64,000 nucleotides of DNA. It comes from Lama guanicoe. Its lineage: Eukaryota. The stretch spans positions 2,914,001-2,978,000 of the forward strand of contig MU054212.1 in NCBI GenBank assembly GCA_013239625.1, in the 5' to 3' direction. Positions within the stretch are counted from its first letter, which is position 1, and the number at the start of each line of letters is the position of its first letter. Shown here piece after piece: positions 12,658 through 24,259 of this stretch. The notes below the pieces were generated by a model that had not been told where the DNA came from, did no database searches, and saw nothing but the letters and a program-made list of their open reading frames with translations. The position numbers were made by a program, and so were the translations under genes.

Positions 12658-12734
12658 CTTACTCCTTTGTGTCTCCAGCACTGAGCTGTGCACACTGCGG
12701 GTGTGCTAAATGTACTCTTGGATCTTTTAAATAC
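12658..12734 (-). pseudogene. Exon relic (YLKDPRVHLAHPQCAQLSAGDTKE*)
   Basis: Acceptor tttcttcgaccatag, phase-2 start. Donor is AAG|GCAAGT (GC type) or a nearby GTAAGG, so the 3' boundary is uncertain. Confidence 0.5.
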
Positions 12735-13071
12735 CTATGGTCGAAGAAACCGAATTTTTTTTTACAGTGTGAGGTTTTTCTCGCCACCACAATAAAAGGA
12801 TCCAAAGTCCTGAATGTGCTAGGGTGGCATTTAAATTTATAAAAACTTTTAGAGCTGGAAATTACTCTAGTGATGAACAATCTACCCCACCTCCCCGACC
12901 ACCACCTGTACCCTCCACAGTGGGTACAGATAAGGCGCAGTGTGGCCATGTGACCCCAAGGCCAAAAAGCCTCCTTCCTAGGTTTATGCTCTACAATCTC
13001 CACTTGGCTGTAATCACCCCATAGGTAAAGACCGCATCAAACATTAGCCCTGTATCCACCCTGAACCTCAC

Positions 13072-13134
13072 CTGTATTTACCCCCAGTTAGTGTCCTAAA
13101 ATGTCTTGCATACTTGGCAATCATAAGCTATTTG
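13072..13134 (-). pseudogene. Putative first coding exon (ATG at 13124; MIAKYARHFRTLTGGKY-R)
   Basis: Acceptor ..ccaatcag, strong donor CAG|GTGAGG at 13071; ends in phase 2, matching the next exon. Confidence 0.5.
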
Positions 13135-13466
13135 CTGATTGGTAATTGTATTATTATTATTTTTCACATGACCTTAGGAACTAATTAAATCGGACGGCTA
13201 TTTTGTAAATGACTTCAGAGAAAATCAAACTGTACATTCTTTTCACTAACTGTCCTCTGGAGTGTTCAACCTGATTTACATAAAGTTTACTTAGGATTTT
13301 CTGTACTGCTTCCTCTAAGAGGCTTAATTTTCGTCTTCAAATTCAGCTGTGTTCTACTTAAGATATAAATATTACATAGAAATATTTTGGGTAAAATTCA
13401 GATTTTCCATGAATTACAAGCAAGAACCAGAAGTTGTTTCCTGTCATTAAAATTTTATGTTCCCAA

Positions 13467-13800
13467 TGATACAAATGAACTTATTTACAAAACAAAAAGA
13501 CTCACAGACATAGGAAACAAACTTAATGGTTAGTAAAGGGGGAAGGTGGGGAGGGATAAATTAGGAGTTTGGAAATAACATATACAAACTACTATATATA
13601 AAAATGGATAAACGACAAGGACCTACTGTATAGCACAGGGAACTATATCCAATATCTTGTAATAACCTATAATGGAAAAGAATCTAAAAAGAACAGATAT
13701 GTATGTATAACTGAATCACTTTGCTGCACACCTGAAACTAACACAACATTGTAAGTCAGCTATACTTTAATTAAAAAAAGAGAGATGATCAAGACAAAAA
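13467..13800 (+). mobile_element. L1 3' end, 5'-truncated
   Basis: gatacaaatgaacttatttacaaaac...ggacctactgtatagcacagggaactat...; degenerate TSD ending in ttcccaat on both sides. Confidence 0.9.
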
Positions 13801-13848
13801 AATTCATATTCCCAATCCTTAGTAGCAGGAAGAAACATTCAGTAGTGT

Positions 13849-14066
13849 TGAAATGGCCCGGCAATGGCCAAACCAGAGCCTGAGAACAATAGGTAGGCAC
13901 CTAAGTGCTTTGTTTTTGACTCAAGCTGAAAGGAGAAACCAGAGCAGGTGCCCGACCAGATAATTGCTCTGGTTTTTCTCCTTCCAGCTTAAGAGTCCGA
14001 AACAAAGCACTGAGATGCCTGCCTATTGTTCTCGGGCTCTGGTTTGGCCATTGCTGGACTGTTTCA
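13849..14066. repeat. Long inverted repeat / hairpin (98- and 102-bp arms, 18-nt loop)
   Basis: Arm 13849-13946 versus the reverse complement of 13965-14066: 87/98 identical, with two 2-nt indels (manual alignment). Confidence 0.95.
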
Positions 14067-14529
14067 TTGTTGGTGCTTAAATCTCCAGACGAGGGAAGGA
14101 GACCTGTTTATCCTTTTGAGTCACGGGAGGAAATGCAGGACAATGAAGAAAATGTGAGCTGCCCCCGTTTTCGCCTCTCCTCCTCCATCCGGCTGTCTGG
14201 GGATGGTGGCCAACGGTCCCCTGGTCCTCGCTGATTCTCTCTGAAGCAGACAAGTTCCATTCTTAGGAAGCCTCTCCGGGTTTATGAGACTGCAGGACCC
14301 ACCTGGCCAATACCAAGTGGGTGACTTTCGAAGGGAGGTGATTCACTCAGTCAACAAATATGTAGTGAGCACCCACCACATGCCAAGCCTGGTTCTAGGC
14401 TCTGGGAATCTACGTACAGTGAGCAGGGCAGGCAAAGTTCTGCTCTCTTTCTGGTAGGGGAGACGAAGAAACACGTGCGTATATAATGCACTGTCGGGTG
14501 TCAGTTGTACGCCATGCAATGAGGAAAAG

Positions 14530-14730
14530 ACAGAGCACAGCTGGCGGAGAGAGATGAGCGGAGACCGCCAGGGGTGGGCAGGGCTTCCTGCTGGAAAGCG
14601 AGGAGCTGAGACGCCCAGTGGCCGCAGGGCTCAGCGAGCGGTGAGTCCCGCATGAACCCGGTGGACCCGGCCCGCCGTGATAACCAACGCTGCGGGAGGG
14701 GACGGGCAGCGGCTGGGCGCCGGCCTTTGT
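14530..14730. promoter_or_regulatory. Small CpG-rich patch, possible promoter
   Basis: Local GC and CpG enrichment; plus-strand donor GCG|GTGAGT at 14641; about 1.4 kb upstream of the pseudogene ATG. Confidence 0.45.
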
Positions 14731-14805
14731 TTTCTGCAGTTGAGGATGTGGTTCACTTCTATTGTCACTACTTAAGCAATTGTTCTTACCTCTGTTGGCT
14801 TAGAG

Positions 14806-15170
14806 CAGAGGTCAGCCAACTGTGGCCCACGTGCCAAATCCAGCCCACCGTCTGTTTTTCTGTCTGTTTTATATGGCTATGGGCTAAGCATTTTTATTTA
14901 CTTATTATTATTATTATTTTTACATTTTAAAATGGCTGGGACAAATTTTAAAAATATATTTTGTAACATGTGCAAATGATGTGAAATGCAAACTTCAGGG
15001 GTCCGAAGTAAAGTCTTACTGGAACACAGCCATGCCCATTTTTCAGGTACTGTCTATGGCTGCTCTTAGGCTGTAACAGTAGAACTGGATCGGTGTGAGG
15101 AGACCGTATGGCTCACCAAGCCTAAAATCTGTATGATTTGGCCCTGTAAGAAAGAGGCTGCTGAGCTCTG
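14806..15170. mobile_element. MER58-like hAT-Charlie MITE
   Basis: cagaggtcagccaac...gccaaatccagccc...ggaacacagccatgccc...gctctg termini. Confidence 0.8.
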
Positions 15171-15499
15171 GTGAAGAGTTTGGGCTCAGCAAGGAGCTGA
15201 CTACAACGTTTATGGTATATGCTGAAAAAAGAATACTATAGCCTTGAAAAAGAATGAGATCAATCTCTATATACTGCCACGGGAAGATGTCTGCACTATG
15301 CTAAGTAAAACAGACACAAACAATTTGAGTGCAGTGCATCTGGATTCTCCGAATAGACCACAGTGATATAAGGTCCATGAGTGCAGCCCTTGGTTGGTTT
15401 TTTTTCACTGCTGTATCCTCAGTACCTAGAACCTTGTGACCCTTGGAACATGCTCAGTAACTATCTGTTGAATGAATATAACTCAACATCCAGGGAGCT

Positions 15500-16400
15500 A
15501 TAAAAGGGAAGATTTATAACTTTGGCTATATAAAAACTTAAAAATAAAAAATAGTTTTTGCACAGTGAGACCACCATGAGCAGGCAACAGATTACCGATA
15601 AACCCCCAAAAAAAGCACCAAGAGTCGATTCCTAAATGAGCTCCTACAAATCCATCAGAAACCCAACAACCCAATAGAAAAGTGGATGAAGGATACTAAC
15701 AGGCAATTCTCAGAAAAGGAAACGGCAAATGGATGGTCAAGCTACTTAAGAGAGAGAAGCAAACTAAACTAAAATTTTCCATCTCATCTCTCAGCTAATG
15801 AGGACACCTTGTACTAGGAGAACTATAAATTGGCAGAACTTCCTAGGAAGTAGTTTGACCGTATCTAACAAAAATTTAAAGGACATAATCCCTTTGACCT
15901 AGTGATTCTTCTTCTAGAAAGTCATCCTGCAGAAACAGTCACAGCTGAAATGATACAGTTACAGTTTTTTTTATTGTGATGTTGTTTACAATCCCAAAAT
16001 ATTGGAAATAACCTAAATGTCCATCAGTAGGAGAAATAAATGAATGTTCAGCCTAAAAAAAAAATCATGCAGCCTTAGATAAGCATTAGGCAGCTTTTCA
16101 TGTATAGGTGTGGAAAATCTCCAAATACTAAGGGAAGAGGTATAAAGAACATGTATAGAATGAGACCATTAAAAAAAAAAGGAAGAAAAAAGAATTTATA
16201 TAGAGTTCCGTGCACAGACTATTTGTAGAAAAATACACCGGTTAACAGTGGTTGCCTCCGGAAAGGGGAACAGTTTGGCTGGGCAACAGGGAGGAAGGAA
16301 GCCTCACTTTTACTTCATGCCGTTTGATCCTTTTTATATCATTTTAAATAAAATGTAATTAACATTGAAAAAGGAACTATATTTTAAATGAACTTAATTT
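15500..16400 (+). mobile_element. Old L1 (L1M-type) ORF2 end/3' UTR fragments
   Basis: aacaacccaatagaaaagtgg, ctttgacctagtgattc, cctaaatgtccatcagtagg motifs. Confidence 0.7.
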
Positions 16401-17559
16401 TGAAAAAAATACCGAACATACATAGGAAACTCTGAAAGGATATAGATAATTAACATTATAGGGAACTTGCACTTTTAAATTACATATTTCTATAATATTT
16501 TTAATAGCGGCTAGACAGTAATCAAGAAAAATAAGTCATAATGAAGATATAAGAGAGCAAAAGTGAGAATGGGCTTCCATTTATTTATTCAGAGCCTAGG
16601 ACTTAACAATGACAGCTACTGCAAACACCAAGTCAGCTAAAATATGTAACTGGGCTCCATGCGAGACTTCATTCCGTGCAAGTGGGTGCTATCTGATGCC
16701 CTCCACTTTACCTTGTAGGAATTCACAAGCACTTGGCCATAGATAAATTGAACCAAAATGCATAAAAGTTTCTTTCATCTGATTTATCGTCTCGATCTTT
16801 GGCACAACAAAGATACAGTGAGGTCATTAGTCAGTCATGTCAGCTATCATTTTAATAACATGACATTTTCTTAACAGATGTTTTGGGAAATTTAGAAATA
16901 GCCTTTCTGTTTAAGAAAAGCGGTTGGACTTCTCAGTCTATCAAAATACGAGATCAACTCCTAAGGACCCCGGGGGAAGATTATGACCGTCTCAATCACG
17001 GTTTCTACTTTCTCACTGCACAGGACGGCCAGCCGCCCAATTTCCCTCCAAATGAATGCCAGGCTTTCCTCAATTTTGAGTTTAGCCCGTTGTTTTACAT
17101 CCTCAGGTTGACCTTAGTCTAAAGGTCAAGGGCCAAGTCCGACACAGTGGCCTCTCTGTATTTTCCAGATGCCAGATGGGTTTGGTGCTGGCCCAGAAGG
17201 TTGAGATCATTCCTGGTCTGGAAGATTAGGATTCTGAAGCAATATTGGGATTGGAGTAGGAGTTCTGATGGGCCATGAGTATCCTGAGGATTGAAGATTT
17301 AAGAGTAAACAAAAGAAAGAAACAGAGCCCCAGCACCCAAATGGAAAGAGCCAGGGCTCTTCCCGTGGTGTCTGCGTGGCATCCTGAAGTTGGAAAAGAG
17401 CTTCGTGAGGGTGCGCTGTGTGTTTGTATGTTCACCCGTGACTACTAGTGAGAGACTAGCTTGTGTTGGCAAACTCTGTTTGCAGAGTGATCACTATTTA
17501 CCCACCACTCAACTAGTAGTTTGAAAAGAAGCCCTGGGAGGAGGGGGTAGCCCTTTTCC

Positions 17560-18020
17560 TGATTTGCCCAGAATTCTTTCCTTTAACACACCCATCCCTG
17601 TGAGCACGGGAGCAGACACACAGTACCGATCATGGTACCCTAGCCACCGCGACTGGTCCAGGGATGGGCATGTGATGCAAGTCCAGCCAATCGGGAGCTT
17701 TCTCCGGGATGTTTCAGTAGAAGCTGAAGAAACCCTTACCACTTCTCACTTGTTAGGAGCCGTGCGATTGTGACTTGGGAGTGGCCAGTAGCCATGTTCC
17801 CAGCCACGGAGGGAAACCTGAAGGCATGAAGTTCCAGGAAAAGCCTGTGCATTGCAGTGGCCTGATTGTGTATGAGTCACAAGCCAGCCCCGGGCCCATT
17901 CCTGCCTAAGGTCAGCTTCACATTCTTGGGGTTCAGTTACAGGAGCCCGAGCTCTGCTTTTCGCCTTTTGAGTTAATTCACTGTGTGTTTCTCTGCCTTG
18001 CAATGAAAAGAAAACCGACA
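17560..18020 (+). mobile_element. MLT1-type MaLR LTR
   Basis: gactggtccagggatgggcatgtga...ccaatc; 3' ttcagttacaggagcc...cttgcaa. Confidence 0.65.
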
Positions 18021-18619
18021 AATATAGATTGATTTATGGAAAAACAAGACAGGGCTGCTGCCCTCAGAGAGCTTATGATTCATATGGAAAGACAGGGACA
18101 ACTTCAGAAGAAAATACAAGTTAAATGTACGTAAGCATTACGTTGTGCTTCTGGCACCCCTGCCTGTGCGGTGGCTGAATCTATTGTCAAACGGAAGAAG
18201 AATGTGCAAGAGTAGACAGTTGACTGGTTTAGAACAATGACCATTGTTCAGTTCCCTGCAGGACTGAGACATTTCTAGTCCTGGTTTTAAACTATTTCAT
18301 ATTCTGGAAGACAGCAGAATGAAACAGAAAGAACACAGGCTTCAGAGCCAGACCGGGGATGAAATCTGGGTTTGCCACGTCTCAGCTGCCTGATTAGGTC
18401 AGTCTGGATGTCTTCATCTGGGAATACCACTCAAATGACTCAAAATGCCTGGAACACCATAGAAACGTACTTTCCAACCCTGTAAGTCTGGAGGTAGAGT
18501 AGCTTCGGGGCTAGTGAATTCAGTGGTCCGATCACATCACCACGGACCCTGGTTCTGCAGTCTGTTAGCATATACCACATTCTCATGAGGTTAACTCTAT
18601 TATAGTTATAGCTAAATTT

Positions 18620-18897
18620 AGTGAGAAACGTGGCATTATTTTACATGTCTGCAAATCTCTTTCATGCCTGCCTTCATAGAAGACAGCTGGAATCTAACAT
18701 CTGCTTCTGCATTCAGTCTGTTGCGATATCACGTCACGTGGCCCCTGGAAAACTCTGCTCTCACAATTGCGAGGGAATGAGAACAAAAGAGGCAAATTGT
18801 GTCATGTTGTATTGTGAAAACAATTTTGACTCACAGGGCCCCTGGAAGGTTTTTGGAGGAACCCTGTTGTCCCTGGATCACACTTTGAGGACTTCTG
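18620..18897. mobile_element. Charlie1-like hAT fragment
   Basis: gcaaatctcttt...atagaagacagctgga...tctgcttctgcattc...cacactttgag. Confidence 0.7.
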
Positions 18898-19789
18898 GCA
18901 AAAAGATTAGCTCAAAAGGGAATTTATACTCTGTGAAAAACAGAATTTGAACACAGTGAAGTTTATCAATAAGTATGGAAATACTGATTTCTAGGTGGCT
19001 GGGACATTAGTCCTGGGGGCCAAGGGTGCACAAGTTGGGATGACAATTACCCAGGTGGCAGGTGACATCAGGAACAAGATAGCACATGGGTGCAAAACCC
19101 ATCATCAGAGAGCTGTTTTCGGGGAACTGAGGAGCATAGTCTTGACTGCAGCGGAGCGTAAGACACTGGGATGTGAAGGAAGCACAGAGAAGGAGGCCCA
19201 GCTGGGGAGGGGCTTCAGGCTACTCGGAATTTGCATGAGCTGGGAACAGAGCAGAGCCACAGCCAACACAGAGCTCAGCCAGTCCATCGCTTTTCTACAA
19301 GGAGTGGAAACTCTTTTTCAAAAGAATCCAACACAAAGCTCTAATACACAAAGCGTAGAAAGGTCTGGTTGAAGTTGGGAAGGGGTCTGTGTGGTCTTGC
19401 TTATTCCTCCTCCCATCCCCACCCCAGGCCCAGCCAACCCTGAGGCCTGGCCTCCCATCTCTACCCTTCCAGGAAACATGACAGGAAAACCACTGATCTG
19501 TCTGCAGACAGTCAGCAGAAGTGGTAAATACTCCGAGTGTCTGGCCCAAGGTTCCCCTCCCCTTAGCCCACGTGTGTGGGAGACGGACGGGGACAGGAAG
19601 GCTTGGAAGGCGGGACCGTCCACAGGAGGCTCTGTCACAGTGAAAGCCTCTGACTAGCCCTGTGTCTGGGGGACAAGAGCCGGCAGATGGCAACAGAGAG
19701 ACGAGACCCAGGGGGCATTCAAGTGTGAGTCTTGTACCCTGGGCCAGCCAGCTGGCCACGTGGGGACGCCATGAAGGTGAAGGGTTAAT

Positions 19790-20010
19790 AACAATTAGCA
19801 TTGAGAACTTCCTCTGTGCCAGGCCCTCTGCTAAGCACCTTCCAAGGATGACGCTGTTTAACCCTCACAAAATCTCTATGAGGTTCGATTACCTTCCACA
19901 TTTTACATACACTGGAGACTGAGGAAATTGTGTGAGCAGTGGAGCCAGGCTTTGAACTCAGCAGAATGATCCCGGAGCCCTTGTTCCTAAGCACTACACT
20001 GTCCTGGTTT
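19790..20010 (-). mobile_element. MIR SINE
   Basis: tgtgccaggccctctgctaagc...tttaaccctcacaa...gagactgagg. Confidence 0.7.
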
Positions 20011-20401
20011 CAGAAGGACGGTGATGAGCTCGCATATCTACCATTCCTCCAACCAGCCACTCGACAAACAATTGTGAAGCGCCCACTAAGTACCTCGCGG
20101 GAGAGAGAGCGGTGAACATGGCCCCTGCCTTCAGGGACCTTGATAAAGCTGAAAAAAGAGATTGTGATCTAAAAACATTCTAAAGTGATGTGTGATTAAG
20201 GCAAGCCCTAGAAAAACCATTTAAGTGTTGCTCTGATATTTTATATTATATTCTCTTAAAAAATCAATATTCATATATTACTAGCATCAAGTTTCTGAAA
20301 TTCAAGGAAAACTAGTCATATAGTCTTGCAGACTTTAAATAAATGTGAAAAAATTTATCCAAGACATGCCAACAATGCTTTCCAAATATGGTGGCCACTA
20401 C

Positions 20402-20948
20402 TGTAGTTACTATTAATGGTCTACCTATTGGCCATTCCCTTTCTTGCTTGCTAACAGCACCTCAATTTTACTCTGTTATTTCGTGGCCATATGAAACAAG
20501 GCAGGTTGGGCCCCACCTTGATGCTAGGGGGCCAGTCTTGACTGGTTTAAGCCCGGCATCATGATTCCATCCCCTTAACAATTCAGATATGAGCACACAA
20601 GGCAATTCTGGACAGCGAGATATGAGGAGAAATGTGCTAAGGGACAGTTATATGCTCCTGCTGATAATGCATTACATGGGAAGAAACAGCCCCTTTTCCC
20701 ACTTGATGTAGTGATTCTACATGTGACACCCAGATCTGTGGCAGCCATGTTGTGACCACGAGGGGAGCTGATGTGAGAAGGCAGAACTGAAAGGAGGCAA
20801 AGCTTTTGTGGCTGAGCTGCTGAATTAGTAAACCCTAGAATAACTCAACCTCTGTCCTTAAATAATAATACATTTTTCTTACTTAGAAATGTATTAGATC
20901 ATTTTTGAGTATTTTATTATTTGCAGTCCAAAGCATCCTAAATGACAG
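20402..20948 (+). mobile_element. MLT1-type MaLR LTR
   Basis: TG...CA-bounded; ends tatttgcagtccaaagcatcctaaatgaca. Confidence 0.7.
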
Positions 20949-22629
20949 TGTTACTTACCCTATCTATTTAGAACGGTAGCTTAAAATATACATTTGTCTT
21001 GCTTTAGTGAGGCTTCTCTAAGGAAATATAAACTCAGTCAGGCTTTCTCTGCTTATCTGGTACCATTGTACCTGCTGAAAAATGAATAGCTATTTGCAGA
21101 GCAATGTTAAAGTTTACATGATTCAGCTGCAAATATTCACTTATTTAGGTTACTGTTAAAGTTCCTTCATGGGTGAAAATTGCCTATATGCATTTGTGGT
21201 ATTTCTAACTCTAGAAATCTGGATCTATTATATACATCAAGTATAGTATTTTTTCACGTGTTCAATAGATTGTGGCCAGGTCCCATATTGCCCCCCTTAC
21301 AGGGACTAAATTTAAAAGAAAACCATCTAAATAATGATTTTTTAAAAAAAGATTTCCATGTCCAATAGTCCTGATGGTAAGCTCCAAGTCCTTGGTGGTT
21401 TATTTGATAGGCCAAAAGAGTTCACTGTTGATATCCACATTAAGGGGACTACAAAGAATCAACGGTTCTGATTTAAGTGTATGAAACTACTTTGAAATAC
21501 TAAATTATTTTGCAATCTACTCTTATACATCTTTTAAGGTTTATTTTATCTTCTTTCAGAAAAGGTAACTGAAGATGAAAGATGAAGCCCATATTGCCCG
21601 AGAATTTCTAGCTGATAAAAGGCCCTGAACTGGGGCTGAACCCCAGGACTGTAGGGCCCAGATGTACCCTAAACTCCATCCAACATGCTGGAACTACCCC
21701 CTTGCCTTCACCCACTATGGCCACCTGCCTGCAGAAATTGTAAGAGGTAACAAACTGTTCAAAAGGTGCACAGAAGGAGGGAGTCGAAGCAAAAACCTGC
21801 CTAACGTCCATACCCAGTCATCAGCTGCACAATTTCTCTGGTTACCCTTAAGTCCTCTCGAAAGCAATTAAATGAAAATCCTGGGACAATGAATTATTTT
21901 TAACATTACAGCCTAAAATCACACACTTACACAGTCACCATAACTACTGGTTACTCTGTTACTCTAGTGACAAAGGATTAGGCTCTCGGTTTCTATCTAC
22001 TAAGAGGGGAATTTACTTCATTCTTAAAACCCATCCTTAAAAAACTCCTTATATTACAAAAACTTAGAAACAGGGTTCCCCTTGCCCCTTGGCTGGAAAA
22101 GTAATTCTTCAAAACTGTGTAGTTCTTCTGCAGTGAAATAAATGAAGTCACACTGTATAACTAGTATGTCCTTTTCAGAAAAAAACATGAAAAGGATAAA
22201 ATCTCAGAATCCCACGGTTACCTTAGGAGCGTTCACTTACAACATTTCCATGGCTATTGTATCACCAAGCTGTAACGGTTTTATGCCTATCGCTTCATGC
22301 TTACCAATCTCTAGTTCCCTCCAACATCCCTGCGGGGTTTCTACCTGACATGCTCACTCTGCCTCTACTTGGACAGGCCTCCTAGATTAATTCACCGTCC
22401 ACTCATCATGTTGACCTTCTCTGCTCCAAAGAACTTGACCTTGACCTCCACTCCGCCTCAGCAACCCACCCCAAGGCCACACCCTCGAGTTTGTCTTCCC
22501 TGGAAACTGCTCCAGCTCTGAAAGCTTAAACGTTATAATCCTCTTTTCTCTGCAACTTCCTGTTTTCTGGTTCTCTCCTGTCCCTGGAGGCGGCTGATAT
22601 AATGGGCAAATAAAACACGGGTTTGGGAA

Positions 22630-22810
22630 CCAGAGAGAATGGGGTTTAAATACTGGCTCTCCCACTCGCTGGCTGTGTAGCCTCGGGAGAATGACTTTGT
22701 ATTTCTGAGCCTCACAATCCTTCTGTGCCAAAGAGAAAGCTCCGATTTTGCAGGACTGTAATGTGGGTTACAACGAGGGGACTGAAAGCACCAAGTAACA
22801 CTCCTAGCTG
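22630..22810 (+). mobile_element. MIR SINE
   Basis: gggtttaaatactggctct...gctgtgtagcctcggg...ctgagcctca. Confidence 0.55.
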
Positions 22811-23083
22811 ATGCCCAGTAGAGCTCGTGTCTCCCCCTCCTTCACTCTAACACCCACAACTTACTCTTAGGTCTCAGAGAGAAGGCTGGTCTTGGGACCC
22901 TTCCAGCCTCTCGTCCCCCTGTGGCTTCACTCCCCCCGCTGCTGTCCACCCCGCCCCCCGCCCTGATTAGCACCCACCCCGGGGAAAATGCCCCACTTCC
23001 CTGGCTCACTCCCCCTCCCAGGCTGCTGAAGGCAAGCAGCTCGGCCCGGAGGCCCAGGGCATCTCTGTTTTTGAAGCTTCTCA

Positions 23084-23190
23084 AGGAGAAGGGGAGGAGG
23101 AGAGAGAGAGGGGAAGGGGGAGGGGAAAAGAGGAAGAGGAGAAGGAGGAGAAGCGGGAAGGGGAGGAGGAGGAATAGGAGGAAGAAACAG
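23084..23190. repeat. Polypurine (G/A) low-complexity tract
   Basis: About 105 nt almost entirely G/A on the plus strand. Confidence 0.9.
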
Positions 23191-23639
23191 AAATCTGAAG
23201 ATTATGGACAATTTAAATGTTTACATTTGGGGGAAATACTCCCTCCCAGGTCAAGAAACCCCATTAACATATAAGTGGCCATTTATCAACCGGGAGAGTT
23301 TGGAAGCAGCTCCTCCTTCTCAGCCTACAGGCTCTTCCCTGAGCTCCTTCGCAATCCTACAGGGGTTGCTTCCACCCCCTCCAAGTGGGGAAGGCCTGGG
23401 GCGATCGCCGCCAGTGAGTGTGGGTAAAATTGCCTGAACAGACCTCCGGAAGCTCATTTACTTGCGGCTGTGTGCTGCATTCCCCAGGACAAGCTTATTT
23501 AGCAGTAAAGGTAACATTTTAGCATCCTTATGCTGACTCTTAGTTTTTAATTGATGCTTAGAAGCGCTTTTTTATTGGGTTCCCTTAAAAATCCTGAAGT
23601 TTGCACTTAACAAATTAGGTTTTTAATGCTGAAAATGGC

Positions 23640-24060
23640 ACATTATGTGGTGATCATTTTGTAACGTACAGAAAGATCGAATCCCTCTGCCATGCGCTAG
23701 GAACCAACACAGTGTTGCAGGTTCATTATACTTCAGAACAAACACACTCATAGAAAAGGGGATGGGGGAATTGATGAATGGTGGAAAGGCACAGCCTTCC
23801 TGTTACACAAGAAACAAATACTAGGGTTGGAAAGTCCAACATGATTAACATAGATAACACTGCCGTGTAAGTTCTATATCAAAGCTGTTAAGAGGGGAAA
23901 TCCTAAGAGTTCTCATCACAAGGAAATGTATTTTTTTTTAATTTCTACATGAGATGGTAGATGTTCACTGAACTTGCCGTGGTGATCACTTCATGATGCA
24001 TGCTAAGTTACTTACACAGCGCCATATGTCAATTATATTTCAATAAAACCGGAAGGCAAA
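23640..24060 (+). mobile_element. L1 3' UTR fragments
   Basis: gtggtgatcattttgtaac..., aatcctaagagttctcatcacaagg..., atgtcaattatatttcaataaaac. Confidence 0.75.
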
Positions 24061-24259
24061 AACACACGGACCCCCCCATATATATATTGCACTGTGATTG
24101 TGCTATCCATATGACAGAGAAATTGAAACAAAAATCTCAGTGCACTCTATGTAGTGTGATCTTGAAGACTGTTGAATGTAAATGCTGTACAGCACAGGCT
24201 GCAATGTGAGCATTTCAATCTGTCAGTGTGACCTCACAATCCTGGGATGCTTCGTTGCT

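Larger units (their letters stand above)
1..13134 (-). pseudogene. Multi-exon (about 15 exons) disabled protein-coding gene of unknown identity; continues past the left edge
   Basis: Chain of AG-exon-GT/GC units on the minus strand whose phases join in frame across most introns. In-frame stops at 12661-12659, 12566-12564, 12387-12385, 12345-12343, 9386-9384, 8890-8888, 8800-8798, 5463-5461 and 784-782. The recognisable repeats fall in the inferred introns. Confidence 0.7.

Noticed and set aside
19295..19801. Longest ORFs in the track (168 aa here; also 9647-10150, 40033-40509, 48238-48723)
   Set aside because: No recognisable domains and no consistent splice context. Overlapping ORFs occur in several frames, as expected by chance in GC-richer DNA.
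22921..23274. Arg/Lys/Glu-rich and Pro-rich ORFs
   Set aside because: Translation artefacts of the polypurine tract.
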